64,000 nt of DNA from Epithemia pelagica (Eukaryota > Protista > Bacillariophyta): the NCBI GenBank assembly GCA_946965045.2, contig OX337240.1, positions 682,001 through 746,000 of the forward strand. The letters are read 5' to 3'. A program made the position numbers and the translations under genes. This document shows positions 21,399 through 32,381 of the stretch, piece by piece. The notes beneath the pieces are model-generated. The model ran no database searches. It was not told the DNA's origin and worked only from the letters and a program-made list of their open reading frames with translations. Within the stretch, counting starts at the first letter, position 1. Each line of letters starts with the position of its first letter.

Positions 21399-22859
21399 CA
21401 CACCACACAAGATACCTTTTTCCCACATTCTCTCTCTCTCCTCAATCGACAAGACAACGATGAGGAGGCAGCGCCACAACGGACCGTTGGTCGCCAAAAA
21501 TACAACACGTTGGGCGTTCCAAATTTTGGTGAACCATGATATGCGTGTGCATGCCTCGTATGAAGGATGATGAGGAAGAAAGAGGAACGTAGAGTGTGAC
21601 GTGTGAGTGATGTCAATCCATGAAGGGAGAGAAAGAAGGTACATGAGTGAGAACATGGTCAATGACCTTGTTGGTTCGCTGTAAGATATCATTGTTCTTG
21701 CTTGCTATTGGCTGCTGGCTTCTTCTGATCACATGCGCGCTTTCAACTTTCTCAACCCCAGAGACCAAGACGATCAAGACGACCGAATCAGGAAAACAAA
21801 GGCCAAGGACCGAATGGCACCATTGCCACACTGGATGCCAGAACGAAACCCACAGTCATCATTTTGTTGGACTTGGCAGAGTCTCAGACGGCCCTGCTTG
21901 TTCTTTCAGTGTCATGCTCACGGTTCCTACAGACAGTGAAGGAACCAGGAGCATGACTGAAAGAACAAGCCTGGCAGTCGGGCCTTGTCCTTTTCGTGGT
22001 GCTTTGGTCGACTCTGGGAGCCGCATACCAATCAGTTTCAAAAGGAAGAATGGGGTTCCTACTAGATGCTGCTATATAGTTCTCCCGCCGCATCATCTCG
22101 ACATGGAACTCGGAATGTGCGACCGCGAATTCGCAATGAGGTATTCAAGGGAAGGACCATTCCGGAAAATGTGCCACATGTGGCATGGAACCGTGGATAT
22201 GCCGCATATGATCGCGATTGGTTATCGCGATTGGTTTGTCCGTACCAAGCCTCCCTCCACGACCGCGGGAGACAGTCCTCCCAATGAGTATCCTACACCA
22301 CCGCCACAACACTGCAATGACAACAATGGCTCGCGACACTCTCTAGAGTATCGTCGTTTCGAGATTCCAAAAGCCCATGGTTTCGGAGTCCATGAACCCA
22401 AGCAGGAAAGGACGTGCATCCTAGACGAGACTTTTTCTGGATCCATTCTCTCAATGTAGCTGTTGCACTTGTTGTGATGGTTGCCACTTAAAAGTTGTGA
22501 GTGCTACGGCAAATGAGAGACTTGTCATGTGTCATGTAGTCTATGTGCGATCGTTTTGTGACCTACGACAGACAGACACCCCCTTTTGGACAACAAAACT
22601 ATAGTCGTTCTTCTTTCGTGTACAGACAGTGAATGAACCATGAGCAGGACACTGAAAGAACAAGCCTGGCAGTCGGGCCTTGTCCTTTTTGACGAAAATT
22701 CAGAATGGAATGAAACCGATTGGCCTCCTTTTGCGGGTGGATGGCGTGACGAACATGCTGCGGTCGTACTCGATCATACGGTCGTCGTGTTGGGAGGATT
22801 TCATCAAGGCCAAGGCTATGTCAAATGTCAACTCCGTTCTTGCATTGAATCTAGCGGAA
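21399..22859 (+). other. ~1.46 kb insertion of gene fragments in the MDR copy 1 upstream region
   Basis: Absent from the paralogous copy 2 site (ttttgggg-atgaactcgg, ~30334-30350). Flanked by ggaa on both sides. Confidence 0.6.
21647..22459 (+). CDS. Hypothetical, possibly chimeric membrane-anchored ORF inside the insertion
   Basis: 270 aa ATG ORF with an N-terminal hydrophobic segment. Contains a 39 bp block (21956-21994) identical to the Kelch fragment start at 22651-22689. Confidence 0.35.
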   Translation: MRTWSMTLLVRCKISLFLLAIGCWLLLITCALSTFSTPETKTIKTTESGKQRPRTEWHHCHTGCQNETHSHHFVGLGRVSDGPACSFSVMLTVPTDSEGTRSMTERTSLAVGPCPFRGALVDSGSRIPISFKRKNGVPTRCCYIVLPPHHLDMELGMCDREFAMRYSREGPFRKMCHMWHGTVDMPHMIAIGYRDWFVRTKPPSTTAGDSPPNEYPTPPPQHCNDNNGSRHSLEYRRFEIPKAHGFGVHEPKQERTCILDETFSGSILSM

Positions 22860-22860
22860 A
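22640..22860 (+). pseudogene. Truncated 5' fragment of a Kelch-repeat gene
   Basis: WRDEHAAVVLDHTVVVLGGF, followed in a shifted frame by NSVLALNL; breaks off at the insertion edge. Confidence 0.65.
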
Positions 22861-23031
22861 TGAACTCGGAAGACAATTCTCATACAATTGGCAAGAGGGT
22901 ACACTAGCCAAAGGAGAAGGATGGAATTCGGAAGATGAAGTCCAGTGATTTTTCTATAGTTTACAGTCTTTTGAAATCACGCCCAATGAACTCAAAAGAG
23001 AATCTGCATACAATTCTCTAGAGTCTACAGT
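22860..23031. promoter_or_regulatory. Cluster of three ~45 bp related motifs (GAAYTCGGAAGA...ATACAATT...CTATAG..TACAGT) upstream of MDR copy 1
   Basis: Copies at 22860, 22924 and 22986, in the same order as the cluster at 30342-30566. A regulatory role is inferred only from position. Confidence 0.5.
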
Positions 23032-24015
23032 AGTTATATTTTCCGCTTTCGTTCTCCGCTCCTTCTCCTGAGCATCTTCTGGCCACGCGACAAAAATGAC
23101 AAGGTCAACGAACGAAGTATTACCAAAGGTGAAGTGACGACTGTCTCAGGCTTGTCGAAGACTATGTAATTGGAGAACTTGCTTGATGCATCGGTCGACC
23201 ATCTGATGCCTCTCGAGCGGCCGTTGGGCTAGTTCATTATTATTTGTTGATACGGCCTCTCAACGAATATCTTTGTCAACACTTCGTTCCGTTTTCGGTT
23301 CCTCGCTACAACTACAACTACCATTAACGACTCATCAATCAGGTTCATTTCTTGCTTGATAAGAAAGGAGGGAAAGAAAAACCAAAAAAACTCCCCCCGA
23401 GGTCAGGGTAGTGCGCGTTTCTTCCAACACCAAGTCAGCTCGTGCTTCAAAATACAACTGGGCCTGAGCAGCCGTATATGTGGCCGGTAATGACTTACTG
23501 GGTTTGGCAGCTTACAAGCCGACTCTTGTGCCTATTTCGTTCCACACAAACTGGGCTGACTGTGACAGTCGAGTTGGGATCTTCGCTGTCCATCAGGTCG
23601 CTGGGACGCGTGGCTGCCGCAAATTTTTCCATGGGAGTATTGTGCTGTTCTTCCCGTTTCGTTTGGTTCCGTTGTTGGTGACAGGCTTGTTTGGTACCAC
23701 CCACAACGGGCGCTTCTTTGTAGTCTTGTTCGCTTTTGACATTTCGCTTAATATTTGTTGTTGTGAGTTGTGATGGTGGTCGATGGAACAAAACTTGTGT
23801 CTCACCAGGCGCGAAATAGAGACGGCTGACATGCGCGACTCACTTCCACGTGGAGACTGACTGTTCGGATCAGAAAGATGGGCGCATGCGCAAAACTGTC
23901 TGCGTGTCATCTGTGACACAAAGTGTGACACCGTGCCCACAGCCAAAATCGTTGTGGTCATTGTTTCATGGACCCTGAATGAGCCAAAGTCAACAACGAG
24001 GGAAGACAATCCACG

Positions 24016-26019
24016 ATGGACGACCGCAGTGATACTCCTCCTACCTCTAAAAAGAGATCCTCGACACAGGCAACAGGCTTGCCGGCGACGTCGTCGTCGT
24101 TGTCTCCGGGTACCATCTCTTCGTATCGAAGAACAAAACAAGCGAAACGTACTCGGACGGGTCTTCCCTCCTCTGCTCCGATTCAACAGCGCATGAGAGC
24201 GCTGCGGGATCAACAATTTCTATTATTAAATCAAGATTTTCAAGATCATTTGCGAGAGATTCAACCAAGGATCCAAAATGCCACGGTGGAATCCTTGGGA
24301 GGTGACCCCTACCATCCCGTTCTTGGTCTCGTTCCACGGGCCGTGGCTTCCTATCGCATGACGGCATTTGAAATCAATTCCCGATTTGGCGGATCACCCG
24401 CTGGATCCGTGGCAAGTTTCGGAAGCAACGAGACGGGTCAATTGGGCTTTGTATCCGCAATGGACGAAAATGGCGATCCGGAAACGAATCCGGACCCCAC
24501 CATGATTCCCAGTTTGCTGAGTCGAACCTACATCCAGGTGGATTGCGGGGGAATGCACTCGGTGGCTCTGTCCAATACCGGCGTGCCGTGGACGTGGGGA
24601 TCCAATGACTTTGGAAAGTACGTTTTCATTCAAAGATATACATTGCAATCACCACACATGGATTGTTTGTTCTCACTCTCGATTCTTTACGCATTCAGTT
24701 TGGGACGGCGCACGGCCGACGACCATGAAGAAATGACAGCCAGCCAGGTCACGGGATTTGTCACGTCTAAACCAGGACGACGGAAAGAGCAACAAGACTT
24801 GGAAGATGGGTGGATTTCCCAAGTCTCAGCAGGAGAAAGCCATACCTTGTTCTTGTCTCTGGATGGCAACGTGTACTCAGCAGGAATGTATAAGGAAAAG
24901 GATAAGCAACCTTTTCGAATTGTTCCCTCTCAATCGGGCGACAATGATCCTAAAGGCAAAAATCCATCGCCCCAACATGTGTGGCAATTATCACGACCTG
25001 CGATTCACATTTACTCGGGAGGAGATTTCGCAGCGGCCATCTTGGATGACTATTCCCTTGTCACGTGGGGTACGTATTCTTCACTTGTCATGGAGAAAAA
25101 AGCAATGTCAAAACCTCTTGTTTGCTCTCATAGTGTATGCTTGTTGTGTTTTGGATGCAGGGTTTGGTACAACAGGAGAACTGGGAAGAAGCGCCGACAT
25201 GGCGACTCCTAACAACAAGGGAGAGTACGATGTTGGCCCGCAGCTATATTCCAAAATAGTTGACGACAAAAACGTGTTTGACTTACCACTCATACGTGAA
25301 AAATATATGACTCCTCTACCGCCTCGATTCAATTGGGGCAGTGCCCGCAAGTCCGTCGTGACAGTTGGATGTGGCTTGTACCACATGTTGGTGGTGGCAC
25401 GGGAGCCCGACGTGGCAGATACCCATGTCTACAGTACCGGTTCCAATGGCTATGGTCAACTGGGATTGGGAGATACCCAAACGCGTCATGAACTGACGTT
25501 GGTATGTGACACCACGGACTAAGGAGGAACAAATGGTTTCTGATTGCCGAAAATGCAACTGACCTTTTCTCTCTTTTTCGTTTCTAGATTCGTGGATTGG
25601 AGGGCAAAGAGATTGCCCAAGTGGACGGGGGAGAACATTTTTCCGTGGCTCTATGCATGCACGGAAAACGGATCTATACGTTCGGTCGGGCCGACAAGGG
25701 AAGTTTGGGTCGAGGCCCTCCCGCCAAGGACAAGGATGGAAAAGATGCCTTGGAAGCGATTCCGAAAGTGGTTCCGTTTCCTAGTACAGAGCCGGTATTG
25801 ATTGCCAAAATCTCGGCGGGGGATCGACATGTGTTGGCCGTGACACCGGAGAACGAGTTGTACACGTGGGGGTACGAGGAGGCGTGTGGTCACGGGAAGG
25901 ACATGTTTCGCCCCCGAAAACTGGATGTTTCCAAGTTCTTGCAGAAGCGTTCAAGAGTCTTTGACATTGCGGGTGGGGGACAACATTCGGCCATGGTTGT
26001 TGTGCGATACGATTCCTAG
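24016..26019 (+). CDS. RCC1: RCC1 (regulator of chromosome condensation) repeat protein; introns 24618-24698, 25070-25160, 25502-25587
   Basis: Repeats GSNETGQLG, VDCGGMHSVAL..WTWGSND, VSAGESHTLFL, GCGLYHMLV..STGSNGYGQLG, GGEHFSVAL, ISAGDRHVLA, IAGGGQHS; basic N-terminal tail. Confidence 0.88.
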
Positions 26020-26760
26020 AACGAAAAACGACGACAAGAGAAAGCTGAGTTTGTAGTGTAGCCGCTTTTGACCGATTCAAATGATGAGAGGGTTGCAAAA
26101 GAGGCGTCTACCTAGGTCATCATTTCGTCCAAAACCTCTAGAGAAAAGTATTGCGAGGAAAGGAAATTCCTATCAGTAACCAAATCAGCTTTCTCGATAG
26201 AGTGGAGAACGATGATTATAGTACGTATATAAGAAAGATTATTTGGAGTTGGATTCCAGAACCGTCCAGCAAAGCACCAACCTTTATGTAGTTCTATAGG
26301 GGGAACTCTTGCCAAATACTCTCTGGTTTAGGTTTCTCACAACGCATGAGAGAGATGAGAGAACCTCCTCTCTGTTTTCATGCTCTGCCCCAAACTCCTG
26401 AACGGGTAAGGCAGGTCGCACAACAAAATCTGATTGCGTGATGATTGTCTCATATAGTTTTATATTCGCAGTTGCCTCAAACCCATGGCGCAGGTCCGAT
26501 TCGACGAATCCAAGTTCCTGGGAACTTCCCTTATCGACGCTTCACGACCGTGTCCTATGTCCTGCATTGGTTGGACTGGGCGGAACGCCATGCCTGGAAA
26601 TCAAGTTTGGCCGCCCATCGACCTACTAGCAAGACAAACACCCTCACCACTGGAACACTATAAAAAACAACAAAAACGAACTGTGAAAATTATTCTTATA
26701 TAACCTGTCATCACTGATTAACATGCAACTTATGCTCCTTCTTGTTCTGCCGGCGTATTT

Positions 26761-27966
26761 TTAATCTTCATCGCTGTCGCAAAGATCCACAAAGACAACC
26801 CTCTTGGACGACGTGGCCTTGGTTGTTTTGAGTTCTAAGAGAGCTCTTGCAATTTCCCTTCCAATCTTGGCACCCATTTCTTCATAGTCTGTGTCCTTGG
26901 AAACGGTCCCCGTATCCTGACTTTCTGCCGCATGCGATTCTCCACCACCACCAGCAATTGCCCTTGCAATTTTTGCACCCATGGCTTCAAAGTCCATTTC
27001 CTGGTTGGGTGGAGAATCTTTATTCTCAGGATCCGGACTGGAACCTCCATCACATTCATGGACTGCTGGTGGTGGGCGCTTCTTGAGACTTGCAGAATCC
27101 CTCTTTTGATCCGCAAAGAATGGGGCCAAAAGCCTGCACTTGCGTTTCTTTTTGGAGACCTGTGAATTTGTGGTGATACTCCCAGCCATGGTGCAAGATT
27201 CCACATCATTGTTATGGGAATGTGGCGTGACTATGCGAGGGATTTCCGGAGGCTGCGGCTCGTGATCATTGGAAGCCGTGGGTCGACTGGGAGTTCCCTG
27301 CATTTCTTGTTCGAGCAGCACAGAGTTGGTCGAGTCCTTATCCTTGTAGTCATCCCACAGATCATCTTCCGCCCTCAGATCTGGCTCTGGCAAGTCTTCC
27401 GACTTATCTGACTCGTAGCAATAGTCCTGATCTTGAGTCTTTCTACAACTGCTTTCAGCATTCTCTTTCTCACCACAATCCATGCTGTTGTCATCCGTTC
27501 GCAACGAATCTTGGGGAACGAGGTACTCTCCACTATCGCTGATGAGCACCATTTTCCCTCCCTTGTGAAAGCATCGCTTTCTGGGAGGTTGTGCTTTCTT
27601 CTTTGGTGCCCGCTTCTTCTTTTTCTTCTTCTCCGGAACATAGTCGTCGGCTTGTTCGGAGGGGCGATAGTCATAGCCGTTCGACGCCCAAATACGCTTT
27701 CTCTCTTCAATCAACGATTGGCGAGGGGACCGACGAACCCGCTTTGTTTTAATCGAAAGCGGCTGAACATACTTTTTGTAGACCTCTTCTAACTGACGAG
27801 TGGACTCCCACTTGACCCACACTAAGAGCCCATACCCGTCGAACCGAGGTGGTTGATCTGTTTTGACCAACCATGCCTGATGGTCCATGAACTCATTCAG
27901 GCCAACCACACGAACCTTTTCGCCCAACGGAATGGATCTTGGAGGCACGGCTGCGATGTTCTTCAT
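26761..27966 (-). CDS. Hypothetical protein; N-terminal small beta-barrel-like (Tudor/SH3-like) region, then a basic NLS-like and acidic low-complexity tail
   Basis: 401 aa ATG ORF; LGEKVRVVGL...VWVKWEST, KKKKKKRAPKKK. Confidence 0.7.
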   Translation of the reverse strand: MKNIAAVPPRSIPLGEKVRVVGLNEFMDHQAWLVKTDQPPRFDGYGLLVWVKWESTRQLEEVYKKYVQPLSIKTKRVRRSPRQSLIEERKRIWASNGYDYRPSEQADDYVPEKKKKKKRAPKKKAQPPRKRCFHKGGKMVLISDSGEYLVPQDSLRTDDNSMDCGEKENAESSCRKTQDQDYCYESDKSEDLPEPDLRAEDDLWDDYKDKDSTNSVLLEQEMQGTPSRPTASNDHEPQPPEIPRIVTPHSHNNDVESCTMAGSITTNSQVSKKKRKCRLLAPFFADQKRDSASLKKRPPPAVHECDGGSSPDPENKDSPPNQEMDFEAMGAKIARAIAGGGGESHAAESQDTGTVSKDTDYEEMGAKIGREIARALLELKTTKATSSKRVVFVDLCDSDED

Positions 27967-28565
27967 GGCGTACTATTGGGACATTAATGGAAAGGTAAGG
28001 GTTCCTCGTTGTGCGGACTGTGGATTTTGGGGTGAAGCTCTCATTACTGACATCCAAAAGATTTTCCTACTGTAAAGGCTACACTATGGAAAAGTTCGAA
28101 CTACCCATCTGTAAGCTCACAGATACGCATTCACATACAAAACGAGATTCTGTTGACGGTATCTTTTGATAGAGATGATGGTTCGAATGGGAGTAAAATG
28201 GATGGACGCGGGGGCGGGGCGCGGGGTGGGGTCTCCAACGGAACAAAAATTCCTCCATTCCCATAATAATTTATCCTAATTTTGGGGATTAATTCTTGTT
28301 GTCGTTGCTCGAATCTCGGATGATTCGTTTATCTGACATGAGCAGAGCCATGGCACATGGTCAAAGATTGACCATTGGCACAGTATTTGTTCTGGGAAAG
28401 AATATCTCAAAAGCAATGATGTAAGGTATCTCAAGTTCCGCCACAGCGGAATTGAATTCATTATTATGTTTTGCTTCCCCTTCTTTTGAGTCGTGACCAC
28501 GAATCTTTTGTGCTCCATCTTGCACGAGATTGCAAAAGGACACTGGGAACATAGTATGTGTCACC

Positions 28566-29198
28566 ATGAACGAGACGACCAAGGAACAGCATCCGACACC
28601 CCAAGCTCAGACAACGACTACTAGATGCAGTTTGGCCACCACAGCAACAACAAGTACGACCAGGTCGATTCGTCGTCTCGCCACATCCAATGTGTCCTCT
28701 TCCTCCTCCAAGCAACCAACTCCTGATCCTTTCCTTCATGGTGGAGAACATTGTTTACATTCCGAAAACTTGGCCTTTGATATGGATGTGTGGTATCCTC
28801 CCTTGGCGGGCTTTACCTTTGCATCCGTCTTTTTTACCTTGACGCGACGTGACGCCGAGGTGATTGTGGCCTTTTCCAATACGACCCGTCGCCATGTTGA
28901 ACGAAAAACGAACAACAGGAACAAAAATGTTAGGCCAAACGAAATTGGATTGGCCATGGATCATGGATCGTGTCATTCTTCTTCAAGCCTTGGAACGGAG
29001 AATAGACCATGCGTTGCGAAACGATCCACATCTATCATACTGCGCGCATCCGCAGGTCACGCATCCATAAATCGAATGAAGAAGCTACTGATTCAATGGT
29101 GTTGGATGACAAAAACAACAACCACAGCATGTTGCAATCGAACCTCGAAAATCGTGACCTTCTTCTATATTCTTTATCTGATGCTCTCGCAAGCAAAT
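28566..29198 (+). pseudogene. Frameshifted, truncated gene resembling the N-terminus of CDC123/R2K-like ATP-grasp proteins
   Basis: FDMDVWYPPLAGFTFASVFFTLTRRDAEVIV, then after a frameshift LLQALERRIDHAL; ends at the stop codon of MDR copy 2. Confidence 0.4.
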
Positions 29199-30236
29199 CT
29201 ACTCGTCAAAATACAGTGCCGTCTTGCCAATGGATTTTCCCGAGGCTTGCATCTCCAATGCCTTGCGCAAGTTGGCCGCATTCAACTCCTTGGAATTGGT
29301 TTGACGAGTTGGCAAAGTTCCGTCATTCAACAACTGGGAAAGTTGCGTCAAAATATCATGCTGTCGCTTTGATTCTTGGTTCTTGAGACCTGGACGAGTG
29401 AACATAAGGACGGCTGAAAAGTTGACGGACTTCCAAAAGAGTTGAAACAAATCGACCGTGGCTGAGGGCCAAATGCTACAAATACCTCCAAAGGGCTTGA
29501 TGAGACCGACAAACTCGGTAAAGAGATCTTCTGTTAAATCCACCGTGTGCAAAATATAGTCGACTGCTTCGATTCCAAGGTCTTTGATTTGACTTGTCAA
29601 GTTTTGACGGTGATTAATGACATGATGCGCTCCCATTTGACGGACAAAGTCTCGAGATTCGTCGCGAGATGCTGTGGCAATCACGGTGAGACCCAAGACT
29701 TTGGAGGCGAGAGCGATGGCAGCTGTGGCAACACCACCGGCTCCTCCGGTAATGAGAATGGTTTTCCCCATATTGTCTTGTTTGTTGGGCGAAACCTTGA
29801 GTTGATCATAAATGGCTTCCCAGGCGGTCAAGGAGGTGAGAGGCTCTGAGGCAGCTTGACTCCAGGATAGATTGGCTGGCTTGGGACCCACGATGCGTTC
29901 GTCGATCAACACATATTCAGCAAATGCACCTGGCCGGAAAAAGTCACCGGCAAACATGACCTCATCACCCACTTTGAATAAGGAAGATTCCTCTCCAACT
30001 TCCTCGACAATTCCAGTGGCATCCCATCCCACGACGAGTGGGTCGGAGCTTTCAAAGGGTTCAGTGTCTTTTCCGAGATTTCCCAATCGTTTGTAGTCAA
30101 TGGGATTGGTTGCGACCGCTTTGACACGGATGAGGAGATCATGTCCTGTCGGCGATGAGGGCTTTTCCATTTCGACTTGCTTGAGGGCAGACAAGTCTCC
30201 GACAGGTTTGTATTTGGTAATGGCAAAGGATTTCAT
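29199..30236 (-). CDS. MDR-family oxidoreductase copy 2, 345 aa, intronless
   Basis: 14 amino-acid differences from copy 1 by manual alignment; same length. Confidence 0.92.
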   Translation of the reverse strand: MKSFAITKYKPVGDLSALKQVEMEKPSSPTGHDLLIRVKAVATNPIDYKRLGNLGKDTEPFESSDPLVVGWDATGIVEEVGEESSLFKVGDEVMFAGDFFRPGAFAEYVLIDERIVGPKPANLSWSQAASEPLTSLTAWEAIYDQLKVSPNKQDNMGKTILITGGAGGVATAAIALASKVLGLTVIATASRDESRDFVRQMGAHHVINHRQNLTSQIKDLGIEAVDYILHTVDLTEDLFTEFVGLIKPFGGICSIWPSATVDLFQLFWKSVNFSAVLMFTRPGLKNQESKRQHDILTQLSQLLNDGTLPTRQTNSKELNAANLRKALEMQASGKSIGKTALYFDE

Positions 30237-30341
30237 ATCTGTTGTTTGGTTGTGTTCGGTTTTTGATTTGTATGATTTTGTTTTTGTGAGAGCAAACGAT
30301 CGAGGCGGGAAGATCAAAAAGAGAGTAAAAGTGTTTTGGGG

Positions 30342-30566
30342 ATGAACTCGGAAGAGGATTCTCATACAATTTTTTTACAGTCTACATTACTATCAGTTCG
30401 ATCATCGAATTCGGAAGATGAAGTCCACTGATTTTTCTATAGTGTACAGTCTCAGAAGAAGATATGTACTTAATTTCCTATATTAGACATTGCTATAAGA
30501 ATCCATGCATCGCAGGCGCAGTGAACTCGGAAGAAATTTCAATACAATTTCCCATAGTATACACTC
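30342..30566. promoter_or_regulatory. Cluster of three ~45 bp motifs ~105 bp upstream of the MDR copy 2 ATG
   Basis: Copies at 30342, 30407 and 30521. gaattcggaagatgaagtcca.tgatttttctatagt.tacagtct is shared with 22924. Confidence 0.5.
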
Positions 30567-30843
30567 CAAGCCTGGGCTGTTTTTCCTTTTTCTTTCTCAA
30601 AATGGCGAGGACAGCGCAACTTTCAATATTTCCAATGACACGGCGGAAATCATCCACACAAAACAACTTCTACATGAAATCCTGAGCGTCAGTATCGCGG
30701 GCACCAAGCCTTCAAGCGCGATGCGGATCTTCTTACTCCTCCATGAAACATGTCCACAAAGACAGGTCTCCAGAAACACTTCCTACCTTGATCCTATCAC
30801 CTTTATCCGACTCTCAATTTCCAGTCCTTGATATTTTAAAAGA

Positions 30844-31717
30844 ATGATGAGTTCTGCAGTGCACTTTTCGCCAGGGACGGTATTCATCGAAAGGAAGAAA
30901 CGGAAAGCCTCCCGAACGAACCTCCGAGCAAATATGCAAACGATTCTTTGTATGTACCCATGTTTGTGTTGTGTGTGCTGCTAAGTCGGGACTTACTTTT
31001 GTTGACCTACTTCCGCCATATGAAGACTCCGGTTCTAAATGCTACGAAGCGCTAAAGGCACCCGAAAAACTGGAAGAATTGGAATTGATTTGCCAGAATG
31101 AACGTGGTTTCAAGGCCTGTGTTGAAGAGTTGCTGGACCTATTTCACGTTCCGGTACAGAGCGAAAGCGATGGAATCTCCTTTCGAGATCGTCTAACCAT
31201 ATTCCAGTCAAAATACCAAACCACGGCTTTTAAAGATCTCCCTGCTGATTCCTGGGAAATCGTGGATGTTATTGCTCGCCTCAAGCCGGGGTTTCTCATC
31301 GACTCAGGATTATCGTCTATTCCGTCTTCGACGACTACGGTTACCGGTCTTCTTCAACCGAAGGACTCTTCCACAGAATGCGTTTTACTATATTCTGTTT
31401 TTGAGGCAATGGTACAATATGCCGTTTCGCGCAATTTGAATGGTTCCGAATTTGAATGGGAGGCTGGGAGGATTCTCAATGACAAAGCGGATGGATACGA
31501 GAATGCACTGAAACTCTTCACCGCGCATGTCTGGGAAAAGAACAAGCAGGACGAGAATGACCAAATCGTATCCGATCGAACACCATTATCCGACCAAATG
31601 GCAACGGCTGCTATTCAAGCATTCACTAGCTCTGTCGAGAGTCTCAAAATTTACGCGTCGGAGCAGACCAAGCACTTTGGGGAACGAATATTTGACTTCG
31701 AACGTCCAGGGGCGTAA
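30844..31717 (+). CDS. Hypothetical protein; probable intron ~30950-31026
   Basis: 248-codon open frame 30971-31717 with protein-like composition; upstream ATG at 30844 and a gtatgt donor. No family recognised. Confidence 0.6.
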
Positions 31718-32381
31718 AGCATTCCTTTTTCGTACACGCTAGGCTATGATACCAGTGCGCCCCCTCTTCGTCCCTGAGGAGGGCCAAAAAATATGACATA
31801 CGGCTCGTTCTCATGTGACGATATCTCGGTTTGGCAATCCGAAAAATACAGTCTGTAGAGAAATTGATATACAAGGTGTAGTTTTCCGAGAAGTACACGG
31901 AAAAGAAACGGCTTACCAGTATTTTCTCACCAAGTTCGGTCTCTAGGTAGAGAGCCACCGATCAACAACCTCGAATTGTGACTTTCATTGCACCTCATCA
32001 AAAGGAATATCCGTAGAGTGCCAAAAGTATCAGCCGTTTTGTTTTGCGCCAACAACATCCTAAATAGCTTGGTAGGTAGTCTCGACAGGCATATCTGGCC
32101 TTTCCAGAACTACCTAATCCAGTATTTCCAATAGCCTAACAGGACCGATCGACTCCTATAGCGATGCCGTGCGACGACCAGACAGCACCATGAACCGTTG
32201 AACTACGCACCTTGACGGCTGGGTTGTATGGATCGCGACTTCAACTCAACACACCGAGTTTTTGTGAGAAAGAGCTCGCCTTTCGTAGAAGCGTTCTATT
32301 GTGACCAACAATTTGGTCTTCTGATTGATCCAATTGTCTGCACTCCTCGAGTCAAAGTCTTTTCAGAATTTGAAATCCAGT

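Noticed and set aside
23050-23900. Possible small spliced minus-strand gene divergent from RCC1
   Set aside because: A gtaagt donor is present, but I could not build a convincing continuous frame.
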